34,441 nt of DNA from Dehalococcoidia bacterium. Its GTDB lineage: Bacteria; Chloroflexota; Dehalococcoidia; E44-bin15. A program made the position numbers and the translations under genes. The DNA lies in the NCBI GenBank assembly GCA_004377275.1, contig SOIC01000175.1:1-34441 (forward strand), written 5' to 3'. Positions 16,167-25,200 of the stretch are shown piece by piece. The first letter of the stretch is position 1. Every line of letters begins with the position of its first letter. The notes beneath the pieces are model-generated. The model did not search any database, had not been told where the DNA came from, and saw only the letters and a list, made by a program, of their open reading frames with translations.

Positions 16167-17840
16167 TTATTCCCATTCTATAGTTGACGGCGGCTTTGAG
16201 GAGACATCATAAACCACTCGGTTCACCTCGGGGACCTCGTTGACGATGCGATTTGAGATGCGCGCCAGCAGGTCGTATGGGAGGCGGGCCCAGTCGGCGG
16301 TCATGGCATCCTCTGAGGTCACGGCGCGGATCGCAATGAGATAGCCATAAGTGCGAAAATCTCCCATCACCCCAACGCTCCTGGTATCGGTCAAGACCGC
16401 GAAGCTCTGCCAGAGCTGGCGGTATAGCTTCGCCTTCTTGATCTCGTTCATCACGATCCAGTCGGCAGCCCGCAATATCTCCAGCTTTTCCCTGGTCACC
16501 TCACCGATAATTCTGATAGACAGCCCGGGTCCGGGGAAGGGCTGGCGCCATACCATCTCCTCAGGCATACCCACGGCGAGCCCCACCTCTCTCACCTCAT
16601 CCTTGAACAGGTAGCGAAGCGGCTCGATTAGGGAAAGGGTCATCTTTGTCGGCAGACCGCCCACATTGTGATGGGTCTTTATCTTCGCCGAGGCACTGCT
16701 CTCCGCGGTGACGCTCTCGATAACATCGGGGTAAAGGGTTCCCTGAGCCAGGAAATCCACCCTTCCCAGCTTGGCGGCCTCATCCTCGAACACCCGGATG
16801 AATTCCTCCCCTACCAGGCGGCGCTTCATTTCAGGCTCAGTAACTCCCTTAAGACGCTGGAGAAACCTATCGCTGGCATCAATGTCTATGATGTTCATCT
16901 TCAGGTTCCGCTGGAAGGTATTGATGGTGCGCTCCGCCTCCTCCTGGCGCAGCAGGCCATTATTGACAAAGATGCAGGTTAGCTGATCGCCGATGGCACG
17001 GTGAACCAGCGCTGCTGTTACTGCGGAGTCAACACCCCCGGAGAGGGCGCAGATAACCCGACCTTTCCCTACCTGCTTTCTGATCCTGGCTACGCTCTCC
17101 GCGATAAAGCTGCCGGGGGTCCAGTTGCCGCTGCAGCCACAGATATGGTAAAGGAAGTTTTTCAGGATATCCTTCCCATGAGGGGTATGGGCCACCTCGG
17201 GGTGAAACTGTATTCCAATGATCCCATGCTCATTGCCCATGGCAGCGATAGGGGAATTTTCTGTATAACCCAGGGTGGTAAAGCCAGGGGGCATCTCCAC
17301 AATCTGGTCGCCATGGCTCATCCAGACAGTCATGGAGGGGGGCAAGTCAGCGAAAATGGGCGATTCCACGGCACTCTGATGCAGGATGGCATGACCATAC
17401 TCATGCCTCGTCCCCAGGGCTACTCTCCCTCCAAGCTGATGGGTGAGCACCTGCATGCCATAGCAAATGCCCAGTATGGGGAGATGGCTTTCATAGATAT
17501 GGGCAGGGGCAAGCGGCGCTCCGGGGTCGCAGACGCTGGCTGGGCCCCCGGAGAAGATGAACCCCCTGGGCTTAAGGGAGGCTATCCTTTGCCACGGGGT
17601 ATCGTAGGGCAATACCTCACTGTAGACCAGGCATTCCCGCACCCTCCGGGCGATGAGCATGCTGTATTGCGAGCCGAAGTCGATCACCACCACCGCCTCG
17701 CGTTCCACCTCGGGCACCTTCTCCACGATGGGCTGCTCGCCAGCCTTTTGCTTGGCGATCTCCAGATATGTGGAGACCTCCAGGTCATCGCTGGTGGTCA
17801 CCCTGAAGCTGTCCTCTTTCTGCTCCATAGCCCGCTGCAT
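16167..17840 (-). CDS. guaA: GMP synthase (glutamine-hydrolysing)
   Basis: GATase domain ([16 protein letters not shown]), PP-loop SGGVDS and C-terminus KPPSTIEWE. The start is uncertain: TTG 17879 gives the longest ORF, and ATG 17840 and ATG 17828 are also in frame. All give a 40-55 aa N-terminal extension before the GATase core. Confidence 0.9.
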   Translation of the reverse strand: MQRAMEQKEDSFRVTTSDDLEVSTYLEIAKQKAGEQPIVEKVPEVEREAVVVIDFGSQYSMLIARRVRECLVYSEVLPYDTPWQRIASLKPRGFIFSGGPASVCDPGAPLAPAHIYESHLPILGICYGMQVLTHQLGGRVALGTRHEYGHAILHQSAVESPIFADLPPSMTVWMSHGDQIVEMPPGFTTLGYTENSPIAAMGNEHGIIGIQFHPEVAHTPHGKDILKNFLYHICGCSGNWTPGSFIAESVARIRKQVGKGRVICALSGGVDSAVTAALVHRAIGDQLTCIFVNNGLLRQEEAERTINTFQRNLKMNIIDIDASDRFLQRLKGVTEPEMKRRLVGEEFIRVFEDEAAKLGRVDFLAQGTLYPDVIESVTAESSASAKIKTHHNVGGLPTKMTLSLIEPLRYLFKDEVREVGLAVGMPEEMVWRQPFPGPGLSIRIIGEVTREKLEILRAADWIVMNEIKKAKLYRQLWQSFAVLTDTRSVGVMGDFRTYGYLIAIRAVTSEDAMTADWARLPYDLLARISNRIVNEVPEVNRVVYDVSSKPPSTIEWE

Positions 17841-17842
17841 CC

Positions 17843-17871
17843 TCGACCAAAGCTTATCACTGTGGTATACT
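17843..17871 (+). promoter_or_regulatory. Candidate extended -10 promoter for tsaC-rpiB
   Basis: TCGACC-N17-(TGG)TATACT. The -10 ends 9 nt before the tsaC ATG (17881), which implies a very short leader or none. Confidence 0.35.
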
Positions 17872-17879
17872 GGCGTCAA
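17851..17879 (-). promoter_or_regulatory. Candidate promoter for the guaA-pur cluster, back-to-back with the tsaC promoter
   Basis: The minus strand reads TTGACG-N17-TAAGCT, with the -10 ending 10 nt before ATG 17840. Confidence 0.3.
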
Positions 17880-17880
17880 G

Positions 17881-18492
17881 ATGGAGGGGCAGATTCATCA
17901 GGCGATCGACATCTTAAAGAAGGGGGGGATCCTCGCCTTCCCCACGGACACCGTCTATGGGCTGGGCGCCAATGCCTTTGACGAGGGTGCTGTTATAAGG
18001 GTTTATGAAGCGAAGGGGAGACCGCACCATCTCGCCATTCCCCTGCTCCTTGCCGATGTGTCCCAGGTTACGTCTGTGGCCAGGGATGTGCCTGAGATCG
18101 CATGGCGGTTGGCGAAGCACTTCCTCCCTGGAGGTTTAACCCTGGTTTTGTATAAATCGCCTTCAGTATCGAGTCTGATCACAGGGGAGGGCGAAAAAAT
18201 TGCGGTGCGAGTGCCGGCTCACCCTATTCCAATCGCCCTAATCGAGGGGCTGGGCGCCCCGATCACTGGCACAAGCGCTAACCTCACCGGCAGCCCCAGC
18301 CCCCTGACCGCTCAGGAGGTTTATAACCAACTGGGGGACAGGGTCGACCTCATCATCGATGGTGGGTGTCCCGGAGGCGTCGATTCCACGGTGCTCGACC
18401 TCACCGCTGAGCCCCCCAGGATTCTGCGGGAAGGAGCTATAAGCAGTGGGGAGATAGCCAGGGCATGCGGAGCTACTGTAAAGGAGGTCTAA
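17881..18492 (+). CDS. tsaC: L-threonylcarbamoyladenylate synthase (YrdC/TsaC type, single domain)
   Basis: 203 aa from ATG 17881, with [21 protein letters not shown] and TSAN. Its stop overlaps the rpiB start (TAATG). Confidence 0.85.
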   Translation: MEGQIHQAIDILKKGGILAFPTDTVYGLGANAFDEGAVIRVYEAKGRPHHLAIPLLLADVSQVTSVARDVPEIAWRLAKHFLPGGLTLVLYKSPSVSSLITGEGEKIAVRVPAHPIPIALIEGLGAPITGTSANLTGSPSPLTAQEVYNQLGDRVDLIIDGGCPGGVDSTVLDLTAEPPRILREGAISSGEIARACGATVKEV

Positions 18493-18941
18493 TGCGGATC
18501 GCTATTGGCTGCGACCATCGGGGGCTGAATCTAAAAATGGCAATTATGGAGCTCCTCTCGGAGCTGGGGCACGGGTATGAGGACTTCGGCTGCTACGATA
18601 CTGGCTCGGTGGACTATCCCGATATTGGGGGCAAGGTAGCTCAGGCGGTTGCCCAGGGGCGCTTTAACCACGGCATCCTGGTATGCAGCACGGGCATCGG
18701 CATGAGCATCGTGGCCAATAAGGTGCCCGGAATATGTGCCGCCCTCTGCCATGACACCTTCAGCGCCCAGCGCAGCAGGGCGCATAACGATGCCAATGTC
18801 CTCTGCCTTGGGGAGTGGGTGATAGGGGAGGGGCCGGCCAAAGAGATCGTTAAAACCTATCTTGCCGCTGAGTTTGAAGGGGGGAGGCATGCCAAGCGAC
18901 TGGAGAAGGTGCGGGCATTGGAGGAAGGAAAGCTTCCTTGA
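18492..18941 (+). CDS. rpiB: Ribose-5-phosphate isomerase B
   Basis: [24 protein letters not shown] and NDANVLCLG. AAGGAGG Shine-Dalgarno upstream of ATG 18492. Confidence 0.9.
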   Translation: MRIAIGCDHRGLNLKMAIMELLSELGHGYEDFGCYDTGSVDYPDIGGKVAQAVAQGRFNHGILVCSTGIGMSIVANKVPGICAALCHDTFSAQRSRAHNDANVLCLGEWVIGEGPAKEIVKTYLAAEFEGGRHAKRLEKVRALEEGKLP

Positions 18942-18967
18942 CAAATCTCGATCTCCATTGCTAATAT
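18938..18967 (+). promoter_or_regulatory. Candidate sigma70-type promoter for dxs
   Basis: TTGACA-N18-TAATAT. The -35 overlaps the rpiB stop codon and the -10 ends 26 nt before the dxs GTG start. Confidence 0.45.
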
Positions 18968-18993
18968 GACCCTATCTCGAGGAGAGAAGCACC

Positions 18994-20871
18994 GTGATTC
19001 TAGATAGCATCAATGAGCCTGCCGACCTGAAGGGACTTACCCTTCCCCAGCTGGCGCAGCTTGCCGCCGAGATACGGAGCAGGATCGTTACCACAGTGGA
19101 CGCCACTGGCGGACATCTCGCCTCCAGCCTGGGTGTGGTGGAGCTCACTATCGCGCTGCATCGCACCTTCAAAAGCCCCCTGGACAAGATCGTGTGGGAC
19201 GTAGGGCATCAGAGCTACGCTCACAAGCTGCTCACCGGGCGCAGGGAGCGCTTTTCTACTATTCGCCAGCACGGCGGGCTTAGCGGATTCACCGACCGGG
19301 AGGAGAGCCCCCATGATCCTTTCGGTGCCGGGCACGCTTCAACCTCGATCTCCGCGGCGCTGGGTATGGCGATTGCTCGCGACCTCGCCGGGGAAAGCTA
19401 CAATGTGATCGCGGTCGTCGGCGATGGCTCCTTGACAGGGGGCATGGCTTTTGAAGCCCTCAATCATGCGGGACACCTGGGCACCAGGCTCATCGTGGTA
19501 CTCAATGACAACGGGATGGCGATCTCACCCAACGTGGGTGCCTTATCCAGGCTTTTTTCTCGGCTCAGGCTCGACCGCCGTTACTATCGAGCCAGAGAAG
19601 AGGCGTCGCATGTGGTCACCAGACTGCCCCGGACACATTGGCTTCAGCTGATAGGAGGAAGGATCAAGAAGGGCGTTAAGGGTATGATTATTCCTTCGAT
19701 GTTCTGGGAAGAGCTGGGCTTCACTTATATTGGACCCATTGATGGTCATGATCTCGCCGAGCTTGAGGCGACTCTCGCCCAGGCTGGAGAATACGATCTA
19801 AGGCCCATCTTGGTTCATGTGGTTACCAAGAAAGGCAAAGGGCATCGCCCTGCTGAGGATGATGCAGTCGGTTTTCACGGTGTGTCTCCAAATCAAGGCA
19901 AGAAGGTGAACACCCTTTCCTATAGCGAGGTCTTTAGCCAAACCGTCCTTCGCCTCGCCAGGGAGAATCCCAAGATAATCGCGGTCACTGCGGCGATGCC
20001 TGAAGGCACCGGGCTAAGCCTCCTCGCCGATGAGTTCCCGGAGCGAGTCTTCGACGTCGGCATATGTGAACAACATGCCGTGACCTTCGCAGCAGGGCTG
20101 GCCACCCATGGTTTTATCCCAATTGTAGCCATATACTCCACCTTCCTCCAGCGTGCCCTTGACCAGATCATTCACGATGTCTGCCTCCAGAATCTGCCGG
20201 TAATCTTCGCCATCGATCGCGGGGGCATTGTGGGCGAGGACGGCAAGACCCACCAGGGCACCTTCGACCTTTCTTATCTCAGCTTTATCCCTAATCTGGT
20301 ACTCGCCTCTCCCAAGGACGAAAGTGAACTTCAGCACCTTCTCAATACCGCAGTGAGGGCAAATCGCCCCTTTGCGCTTCGCTACCCCCGGGGCTCAGGA
20401 TCCAGCGTGCTGCTGAGTGAGGTGTGGCAGGAACTCCCCATAGGGAAGGGGGAGGTGCTGCGGGGAGGAGAGGATGTCGGCATTCTCGCTATCGGGGTTA
20501 CCGTGGCCCCTGCCCTTGAAGCGGCCCACAGGCTGGCTGAGAAGGGCATAGAATGCACTGTAGTTAATGCTCGTTTCGTCAAGCCCCTGGACTCCTCACT
20601 GATACTGGACGTGGCTCGTCGCACCAAGCGGGTGGTTACGGTAGAGGAGAACGCCCTTTGGGGTGGGTTTGGCAGCGTGGTTGTTGATCTTCTGGATAGT
20701 TCGCATATTACTGATCTTCGGGTGGAGCGTATTGGGCTACCCGATGAGTTCGTGGAGCATGGCTCTCAGGAAGTGCTCCGTGCCAAGTATAATTTAGATG
20801 CCGACGGGATCGCCCAGCGGGTTATTTCATCCTTTCCCGAGCTCATTCCTTCAAAAGAAGAGAAGAGGTAG
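18994..20871 (+). CDS. dxs: 1-deoxy-D-xylulose-5-phosphate synthase
   Basis: 625 aa with GAGHASTSISAALGMA, the TPP-binding motif GDGSLTGGMAFEALN, and transketolase-like pyrimidine-binding and C-terminal domains. Confidence 0.95.
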   Translation: MILDSINEPADLKGLTLPQLAQLAAEIRSRIVTTVDATGGHLASSLGVVELTIALHRTFKSPLDKIVWDVGHQSYAHKLLTGRRERFSTIRQHGGLSGFTDREESPHDPFGAGHASTSISAALGMAIARDLAGESYNVIAVVGDGSLTGGMAFEALNHAGHLGTRLIVVLNDNGMAISPNVGALSRLFSRLRLDRRYYRAREEASHVVTRLPRTHWLQLIGGRIKKGVKGMIIPSMFWEELGFTYIGPIDGHDLAELEATLAQAGEYDLRPILVHVVTKKGKGHRPAEDDAVGFHGVSPNQGKKVNTLSYSEVFSQTVLRLARENPKIIAVTAAMPEGTGLSLLADEFPERVFDVGICEQHAVTFAAGLATHGFIPIVAIYSTFLQRALDQIIHDVCLQNLPVIFAIDRGGIVGEDGKTHQGTFDLSYLSFIPNLVLASPKDESELQHLLNTAVRANRPFALRYPRGSGSSVLLSEVWQELPIGKGEVLRGGEDVGILAIGVTVAPALEAAHRLAEKGIECTVVNARFVKPLDSSLILDVARRTKRVVTVEENALWGGFGSVVVDLLDSSHITDLRVERIGLPDEFVEHGSQEVLRAKYNLDADGIAQRVISSFPELIPSKEEKR

Positions 20872-20932
20872 ATCGAGCCTTTAAATCATTTCACCCTTTC
20901 CAGAGCTTATTCTTTCAGTGGAAGTGAAGAAG
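20824..20932 (+). repeat. Direct duplication of the dxs 3-prime terminus (copy A coding, copy B non-coding relic)
   Basis: 20824..20868 against 20888..20932 matches at 36 of 45 positions with a 64-nt offset. Copy B, in its own frame, would encode IISPFPELILSVEVKKQ, compared with the real C-terminus VISSFPELIPSKEEKR. Confidence 0.7.
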
Positions 20933-20996
20933 CAATATCAGGCCTGTAAATAAAGAAGGGTTCTTGCTTAATGAAGCCTAGTGTAAAGTTCGAAAA

Positions 20997-21033
20997 ACAA
21001 ACATCAGGTGCCACATGTGCACCTGATGTTTGT
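20997..21033 (+). terminator. Perfect 15-bp hairpin, likely intrinsic (possibly bidirectional) terminator after dxs
   Basis: ACAAACATCAGGTGC-cacatgt-GCACCTGATGTTTGT, flanked by an A-run upstream and GTGTT downstream. Confidence 0.5.
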
Positions 21034-21265
21034 GTTAGCGGGGTTCTCGGTAGACTACCCCGATTTTGAAATGGGGCTAGCTAATATGGTGGCCAAGGGG
21101 CGCTTGACCACGGTATCTTGATATGATATGCAGTATAGGGATCGGCATGATGATTCCGATATAGAGGCCAAGGCAAAATATCTGTGAGCGATCATGGAGG
21201 ATTTGGCTTCGAAATCTAACATCCATCCGAAGTTGAGAAAAAAGCCTGATGAAGGTGGAATAAGG

Positions 21266-22039
21266 ATGAAGCTGGCGATCACGGGAAAAGGAGGCGTGGG
21301 CAAAACTACCCTGGCAAGCCTGCTGGCACGCCTTTACGCCACTGAAGGAAAGGCGGTACTGGCTATAGATGCCAACCCCGATGCTAATCTCGCCATGGCT
21401 CTCGGTCTACCTCAGGATGAGGCGCGTCGCATCACCCCCATCGCTGAAATGAAAGATTTGATTGAGGAGCGCACCGGAGCCAGGCCGGGGAGCAAGGCCC
21501 CTTTCTATAAGCTCAACCCCAGGGTCGATGACATCCCTGAGCAGTTCTCGGCAAAAATAGATGGGATCAGGTTGCTCACCATGGGCACAGTGAAGACAGG
21601 GGGGAGCGGTTGTATGTGCCCGGAGAGCGCTCTGCTTAAAAGCCTGATGAGCCACCTCCTCTTTAGGGAGTCTGACGTAGTGATCATGGATATGGACGCC
21701 GGGGTAGAGCACCTTGGCCGGGGGACGGCACAGGCGGTGGATGCCTTGATCATCGTTGTCGAGCCAGGGAGAAGGAGCATCCAAACGGCAGAGGCGATCA
21801 GGAGACTGGCAGGGGATCTGGGCATCGAGAGGTGCTATGTCGTGGGCTCTAAGACCAGTAGCAATGCCGACCGCCAGTTTATTACCAGCAGCATGCCCGA
21901 TTTTGAGGTGCTTGGCTTTATAGACTACAGCTCAAAGATCAGGGAGGCTGATCTGAGCGGGGTGAGCGTCTTCGACGCCGATCCAGCGGTAGTGGCGGAG
22001 GTGAGAGGCATAAAGCAAGGGCTAGAGCGCAAGGAGTGA
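21266..22039 (+). CDS. cooC: CooC/AcsF-type P-loop NTPase (nickel-insertion accessory protein family, MinD/ParA superfamily)
   Basis: 257 aa from ATG 21266 with a GAAGGTGG Shine-Dalgarno. Deviant Walker A GKGGVGKTT, then AIDANPDANL and the C-x-C metal motif GSGCMCPE. Its stop is overlapped or abutted by the pgk start. Confidence 0.75.
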   Translation: MKLAITGKGGVGKTTLASLLARLYATEGKAVLAIDANPDANLAMALGLPQDEARRITPIAEMKDLIEERTGARPGSKAPFYKLNPRVDDIPEQFSAKIDGIRLLTMGTVKTGGSGCMCPESALLKSLMSHLLFRESDVVIMDMDAGVEHLGRGTAQAVDALIIVVEPGRRSIQTAEAIRRLAGDLGIERCYVVGSKTSSNADRQFITSSMPDFEVLGFIDYSSKIREADLSGVSVFDADPAVVAEVRGIKQGLERKE

Positions 22040-22041
22040 AA

Positions 22042-23238
22042 ATGAATAAGAAAACCGTCAGGGACATCGATTTAAGCGGGAAACGGGTGCTGGTCCGAGT
22101 TGACCTTAACGTTCCCTTAGATGAGGGGACCGGGGCCATCAGCGATGACACCCGCGTTCGAGCGGTGCTCCCCACCATCAGGTACCTTATCGATAGGAAG
22201 GCGCGGGTGATCCTTTGCTCCCATTTGGGGCGTCCCGAGGGAAAAGTGGTCGATGAGCTAAGGCTGGCTCCAGTAGCCAGGCGACTCTCTGAGATCCTGG
22301 GCTCGCCGGTGGAAATGGCAATGGATTGTATTGGCCCCCAGGTCGAAGAAGCGGTGGGGAGGCTCAAAGAGGGAGAGGTCCTCTTGCTGGAGAACCTGCG
22401 CTTTCACCCTGAGGAGGAGAAAAATGACCCCGGCTTCGCCCAAGCGCTCGCGCGACTCGCTGACATCTATATTAATGATGCCTTCGGCACCGCCCACAGG
22501 ATACACGCCTCCACTGTGGGCGTCGCGGAGCATCTTCCTGCGGTCGCCGGTTTCCTGATGGAGAAAGAGATCGATATTATGGATAAGGCACTAAATGATC
22601 CAGTTCGTCCCTTCGCCGCCATCATTGGAGGGGCAAAGATAAGTAGCAAGATCGGTGTTTTAGAGTATATACTGGAAAGGGTCGATTCCTTGCTCATAGC
22701 CGGCGGTATGGGCTCCACCTTTTTAAAGGCGCTGAAGTTAGATGTCGGCCAGTCGTCGATAGACAAAGATAAGGTAGGCCTGGCACAGTGGCTGATGGAG
22801 AAAGCCGCCAAGAAAGGAGCTCACCTCCTTCTGCCCAGCGATGTGGTGGTTGCCGATAGGTACGCCCCTAATGCCCGGACCAAGACTGTACCTATCACCG
22901 GCGTGCCTTCAGGTTGGTATGTTATGGATATCGGGCCACAGACCATCGAGCTATTTGCTGCCAAGCTGCGAAAGTGCAAAACAATTATCTGGAATGGCCC
23001 GGTTGGTGTATTCGAGTTTCCCAAGTTCAGCAAGGGTACCCAGGCTATCGCAAACCTGCTGGCAGGTTTGGACGCCACCACCATCATCGGAGGCGGTTCC
23101 ACTGCTGAGGTTATCGAGGAGATGGGACTGGTGGATAAGATAACCCACGTCTCCACGGGTGGCGGGGCATCATTAAAGTTTCTGGAGGGTAAAACCCTGC
23201 CCGGGGTGGCAGTGCTCCAGGACAAGGAGAGCCGATGA
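22042..23238 (+). CDS. pgk: Phosphoglycerate kinase
   Basis: RVDLNVP, SHLGRPEG and STGGGASLKFLEG. ATG 22042 has AAGGAG 7 nt upstream. GTG 22036 is an alternative start. Confidence 0.95.
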   Translation: MNKKTVRDIDLSGKRVLVRVDLNVPLDEGTGAISDDTRVRAVLPTIRYLIDRKARVILCSHLGRPEGKVVDELRLAPVARRLSEILGSPVEMAMDCIGPQVEEAVGRLKEGEVLLLENLRFHPEEEKNDPGFAQALARLADIYINDAFGTAHRIHASTVGVAEHLPAVAGFLMEKEIDIMDKALNDPVRPFAAIIGGAKISSKIGVLEYILERVDSLLIAGGMGSTFLKALKLDVGQSSIDKDKVGLAQWLMEKAAKKGAHLLLPSDVVVADRYAPNARTKTVPITGVPSGWYVMDIGPQTIELFAAKLRKCKTIIWNGPVGVFEFPKFSKGTQAIANLLAGLDATTIIGGGSTAEVIEEMGLVDKITHVSTGGGASLKFLEGKTLPGVAVLQDKESR

Positions 23239-24440
23239 TAGGGCTTGATCAAATAAGAGAGATCGTAAGCCCCACCCCATCCAAGATCGTACTCCTGGTC
23301 ATCGACGGCCTAGGAGGGCTACCCCATCCCGAGACGGGCAGGACAGAGCTGGAAAGCGCTCAAACCCCCAACCTCGATCGGCTGGCAAGAGAGGGTATCT
23401 GTGGCATGATCGACACGGTTGGCTCGGGGATCACACCGGGCAGCGCCCCCGGCCATCTGGCTCTCTTCGGATACGACCCGCTGAGGTTTATCGTGGGGCG
23501 GGGCATGCTGGAGGCTTTAGGCATAGACTTCGAGCTAAAAACGGGGGACGTCGCCGCCAGGGGCAACTTCTGCACCATAGACGGGATTGGTCTTATCACC
23601 GATCGCCGGGCAGGGCGCCTCTCCACCCAAAGGTGCTCCGAATTATGCCGGCTTCTGGACGGGATGAATATAGAAGGTGTGGCGATTCTTGTCTCGCCGG
23701 TAAGGGAGCACCGTTTTGTGGCAGTTTTCCGCGGGGAGGGGTTCTTGAGCGCACTTGGCGATTCCGACCCCCAGCGGGAGGGAGTCTCACCAAGGGATGT
23801 TATCGCTCACTCTCCCCGGGCTGAAAAGGCCGCAAGTATTGCCAATGAATTTATCGCTCGGGCAAGGTCTACCCTCGCCGATCGCTATCCCTCAAACATG
23901 GTGCTGCTGCGTGGCTTTGCCCACTATCCTGATTTCCCCAAGATGAGCGAGGTCTTCAGTCTTAAACCCGCTGCCATCGCCCCCTATCCCATGTATCGTG
24001 GGCTGGCCAAGGTGGTGGGCATGGAGGTTCTCTCCACAGGTGCCACCGTTGAGGAGCAGCTTTCCACCCTGGCCGAACACTACAATAGCTACGATTTTTT
24101 CTTTCTCCATGTTAAAGAGACCGATATCGCTGGCGAGGACGGGGACTTTGCGCGAAAGGTCATGGTTATCGAGGAGGTGGATCGAGCCTTGCCCCGGCTC
24201 ATCGACCTCGATCCGGATGTCATCATCGTTACCGCTGACCATTCCACCCCCGCAGTATTGAAGGGGCACAGTTGGCATCCTGTCCCCTTTCTACTGTGCT
24301 CCAAACTATGCCGCCCCGATGGGGTGGTAAAGTTCTCGGAAAGGGAATGCATTAGCGGGGCCCTGGGGAGGTTTCCGGCAACCGATGTTATGCCCCTGGC
24401 CTTGGCAAATGCCCTGAAGCTTAAGAAATTTGGAGCGTAA
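23235..24440 (+). CDS. apgM: Cofactor-independent phosphoglycerate mutase, archaeal (ApgM) type
   Basis: 401 aa with LLVIDGLGG, TPNLDRLA and TADHSTP. ATGA overlap with the pgk stop. Confidence 0.85.
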   Translation: MIGLDQIREIVSPTPSKIVLLVIDGLGGLPHPETGRTELESAQTPNLDRLAREGICGMIDTVGSGITPGSAPGHLALFGYDPLRFIVGRGMLEALGIDFELKTGDVAARGNFCTIDGIGLITDRRAGRLSTQRCSELCRLLDGMNIEGVAILVSPVREHRFVAVFRGEGFLSALGDSDPQREGVSPRDVIAHSPRAEKAASIANEFIARARSTLADRYPSNMVLLRGFAHYPDFPKMSEVFSLKPAAIAPYPMYRGLAKVVGMEVLSTGATVEEQLSTLAEHYNSYDFFFLHVKETDIAGEDGDFARKVMVIEEVDRALPRLIDLDPDVIIVTADHSTPAVLKGHSWHPVPFLLCSKLCRPDGVVKFSERECISGALGRFPATDVMPLALANALKLKKFGA

Positions 24441-24441
24441 G

Positions 24442-25200
24442 ATGAGAGCACCAATGATCGCTGGCAACTGGAAGATGAATACCACCCTGGCGGAGGCCTC
24501 AGCCCTGGTAATGGAGATGAAGGAGGGGCTTGAACGCATAGCGGGCGTCGAGAAGGTGCTCTGTCCTCCTTTCCTTTCGTTATCTTTAGTCAAGGAGCTT
24601 CTTCAGGGCTCATCTATCAAGGTAGGAGCGCAAAATATGTACTTTGAGGAGCAGGGTGCCTACACTGGTGAGATTTCACCATTGATGCTTTGCGGAATTT
24701 GTGAGTATGTCATTCTGGGCCACTCCGAGCGTAGGCAATACTTCGGTGAGACCGATGAGTTAGTGAACAGGAAGGTTAAAGCAGCGCTCGCCGCGGGGCT
24801 AACCCCGATCCTCTGCGTTGGTGAGCGGCTTGAGGAGAAGGAGGCGGAAAGGACTGAGGAGGTGGTAACCAGGCAGGTGACAGGGGCGCTTCAGGGCATT
24901 GAATCGCTTAACGGGATGGTTATCGCCTATGAGCCTGTCTGGGCTATAGGCACGGGAAGAGCAGCTACCGGTAAGGGGGCAAATGCTACTATCGGCATTA
25001 TCAGGGAGACAGTAGCTCAGCTTTACAGTAAGGGGATCGCCCAGGGGATCAGGATTCTATACGGAGGAAGCGTGACCGCTGCCAATATCGCCGAATTTAT
25101 CGGACAGCACGAGATCGACGGTGCCCTGGTGGGGGGAGCGAGCCTCAAGGCGAAGGAATTTCTAACTATCGTGGAGCAAACAGCAGCGATCAAGAAATGA
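24442..25200 (+). CDS. tpiA: Triosephosphate isomerase
   Basis: IAGNWKMN, ILGHSERR, AYEPVWAIGTG and ILYGGSV. ATG 24442 lies 1 nt after the apgM stop. Confidence 0.95.
   Translation: MRAPMIAGNWKMNTTLAEASALVMEMKEGLERIAGVEKVLCPPFLSLSLVKELLQGSSIKVGAQNMYFEEQGAYTGEISPLMLCGICEYVILGHSERRQYFGETDELVNRKVKAALAAGLTPILCVGERLEEKEAERTEEVVTRQVTGALQGIESLNGMVIAYEPVWAIGTGRAATGKGANATIGIIRETVAQLYSKGIAQGIRILYGGSVTAANIAEFIGQHEIDGALVGGASLKAKEFLTIVEQTAAIKK

Noticed and set aside
17001-17981. 326-aa plus-strand ORF opposite guaA, and the upstream part (17653..17880) of the 279-aa ORF containing tsaC
   Set aside because: Both are antisense to the GMP synthase coding region and have Gly/His/Pro-rich nonsense-like sequence. 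The TsaC homology begins only at ATG 17881 ([16 protein letters not shown]).
21104-21132. TTGACC-N17-TATGCA as a promoter for the cooC-pgk operon
   Set aside because: The -10 hexamer is weak and other spacings are equally poor, so I did not list it as a feature.
21055-21303. 82-aa minus-strand ORF upstream of and overlapping the cooC-like gene start
   Set aside because: It overlaps the well-supported cooC start and its Shine-Dalgarno. It has no motifs and is most likely a chance ORF in the 5-prime untranslated region.
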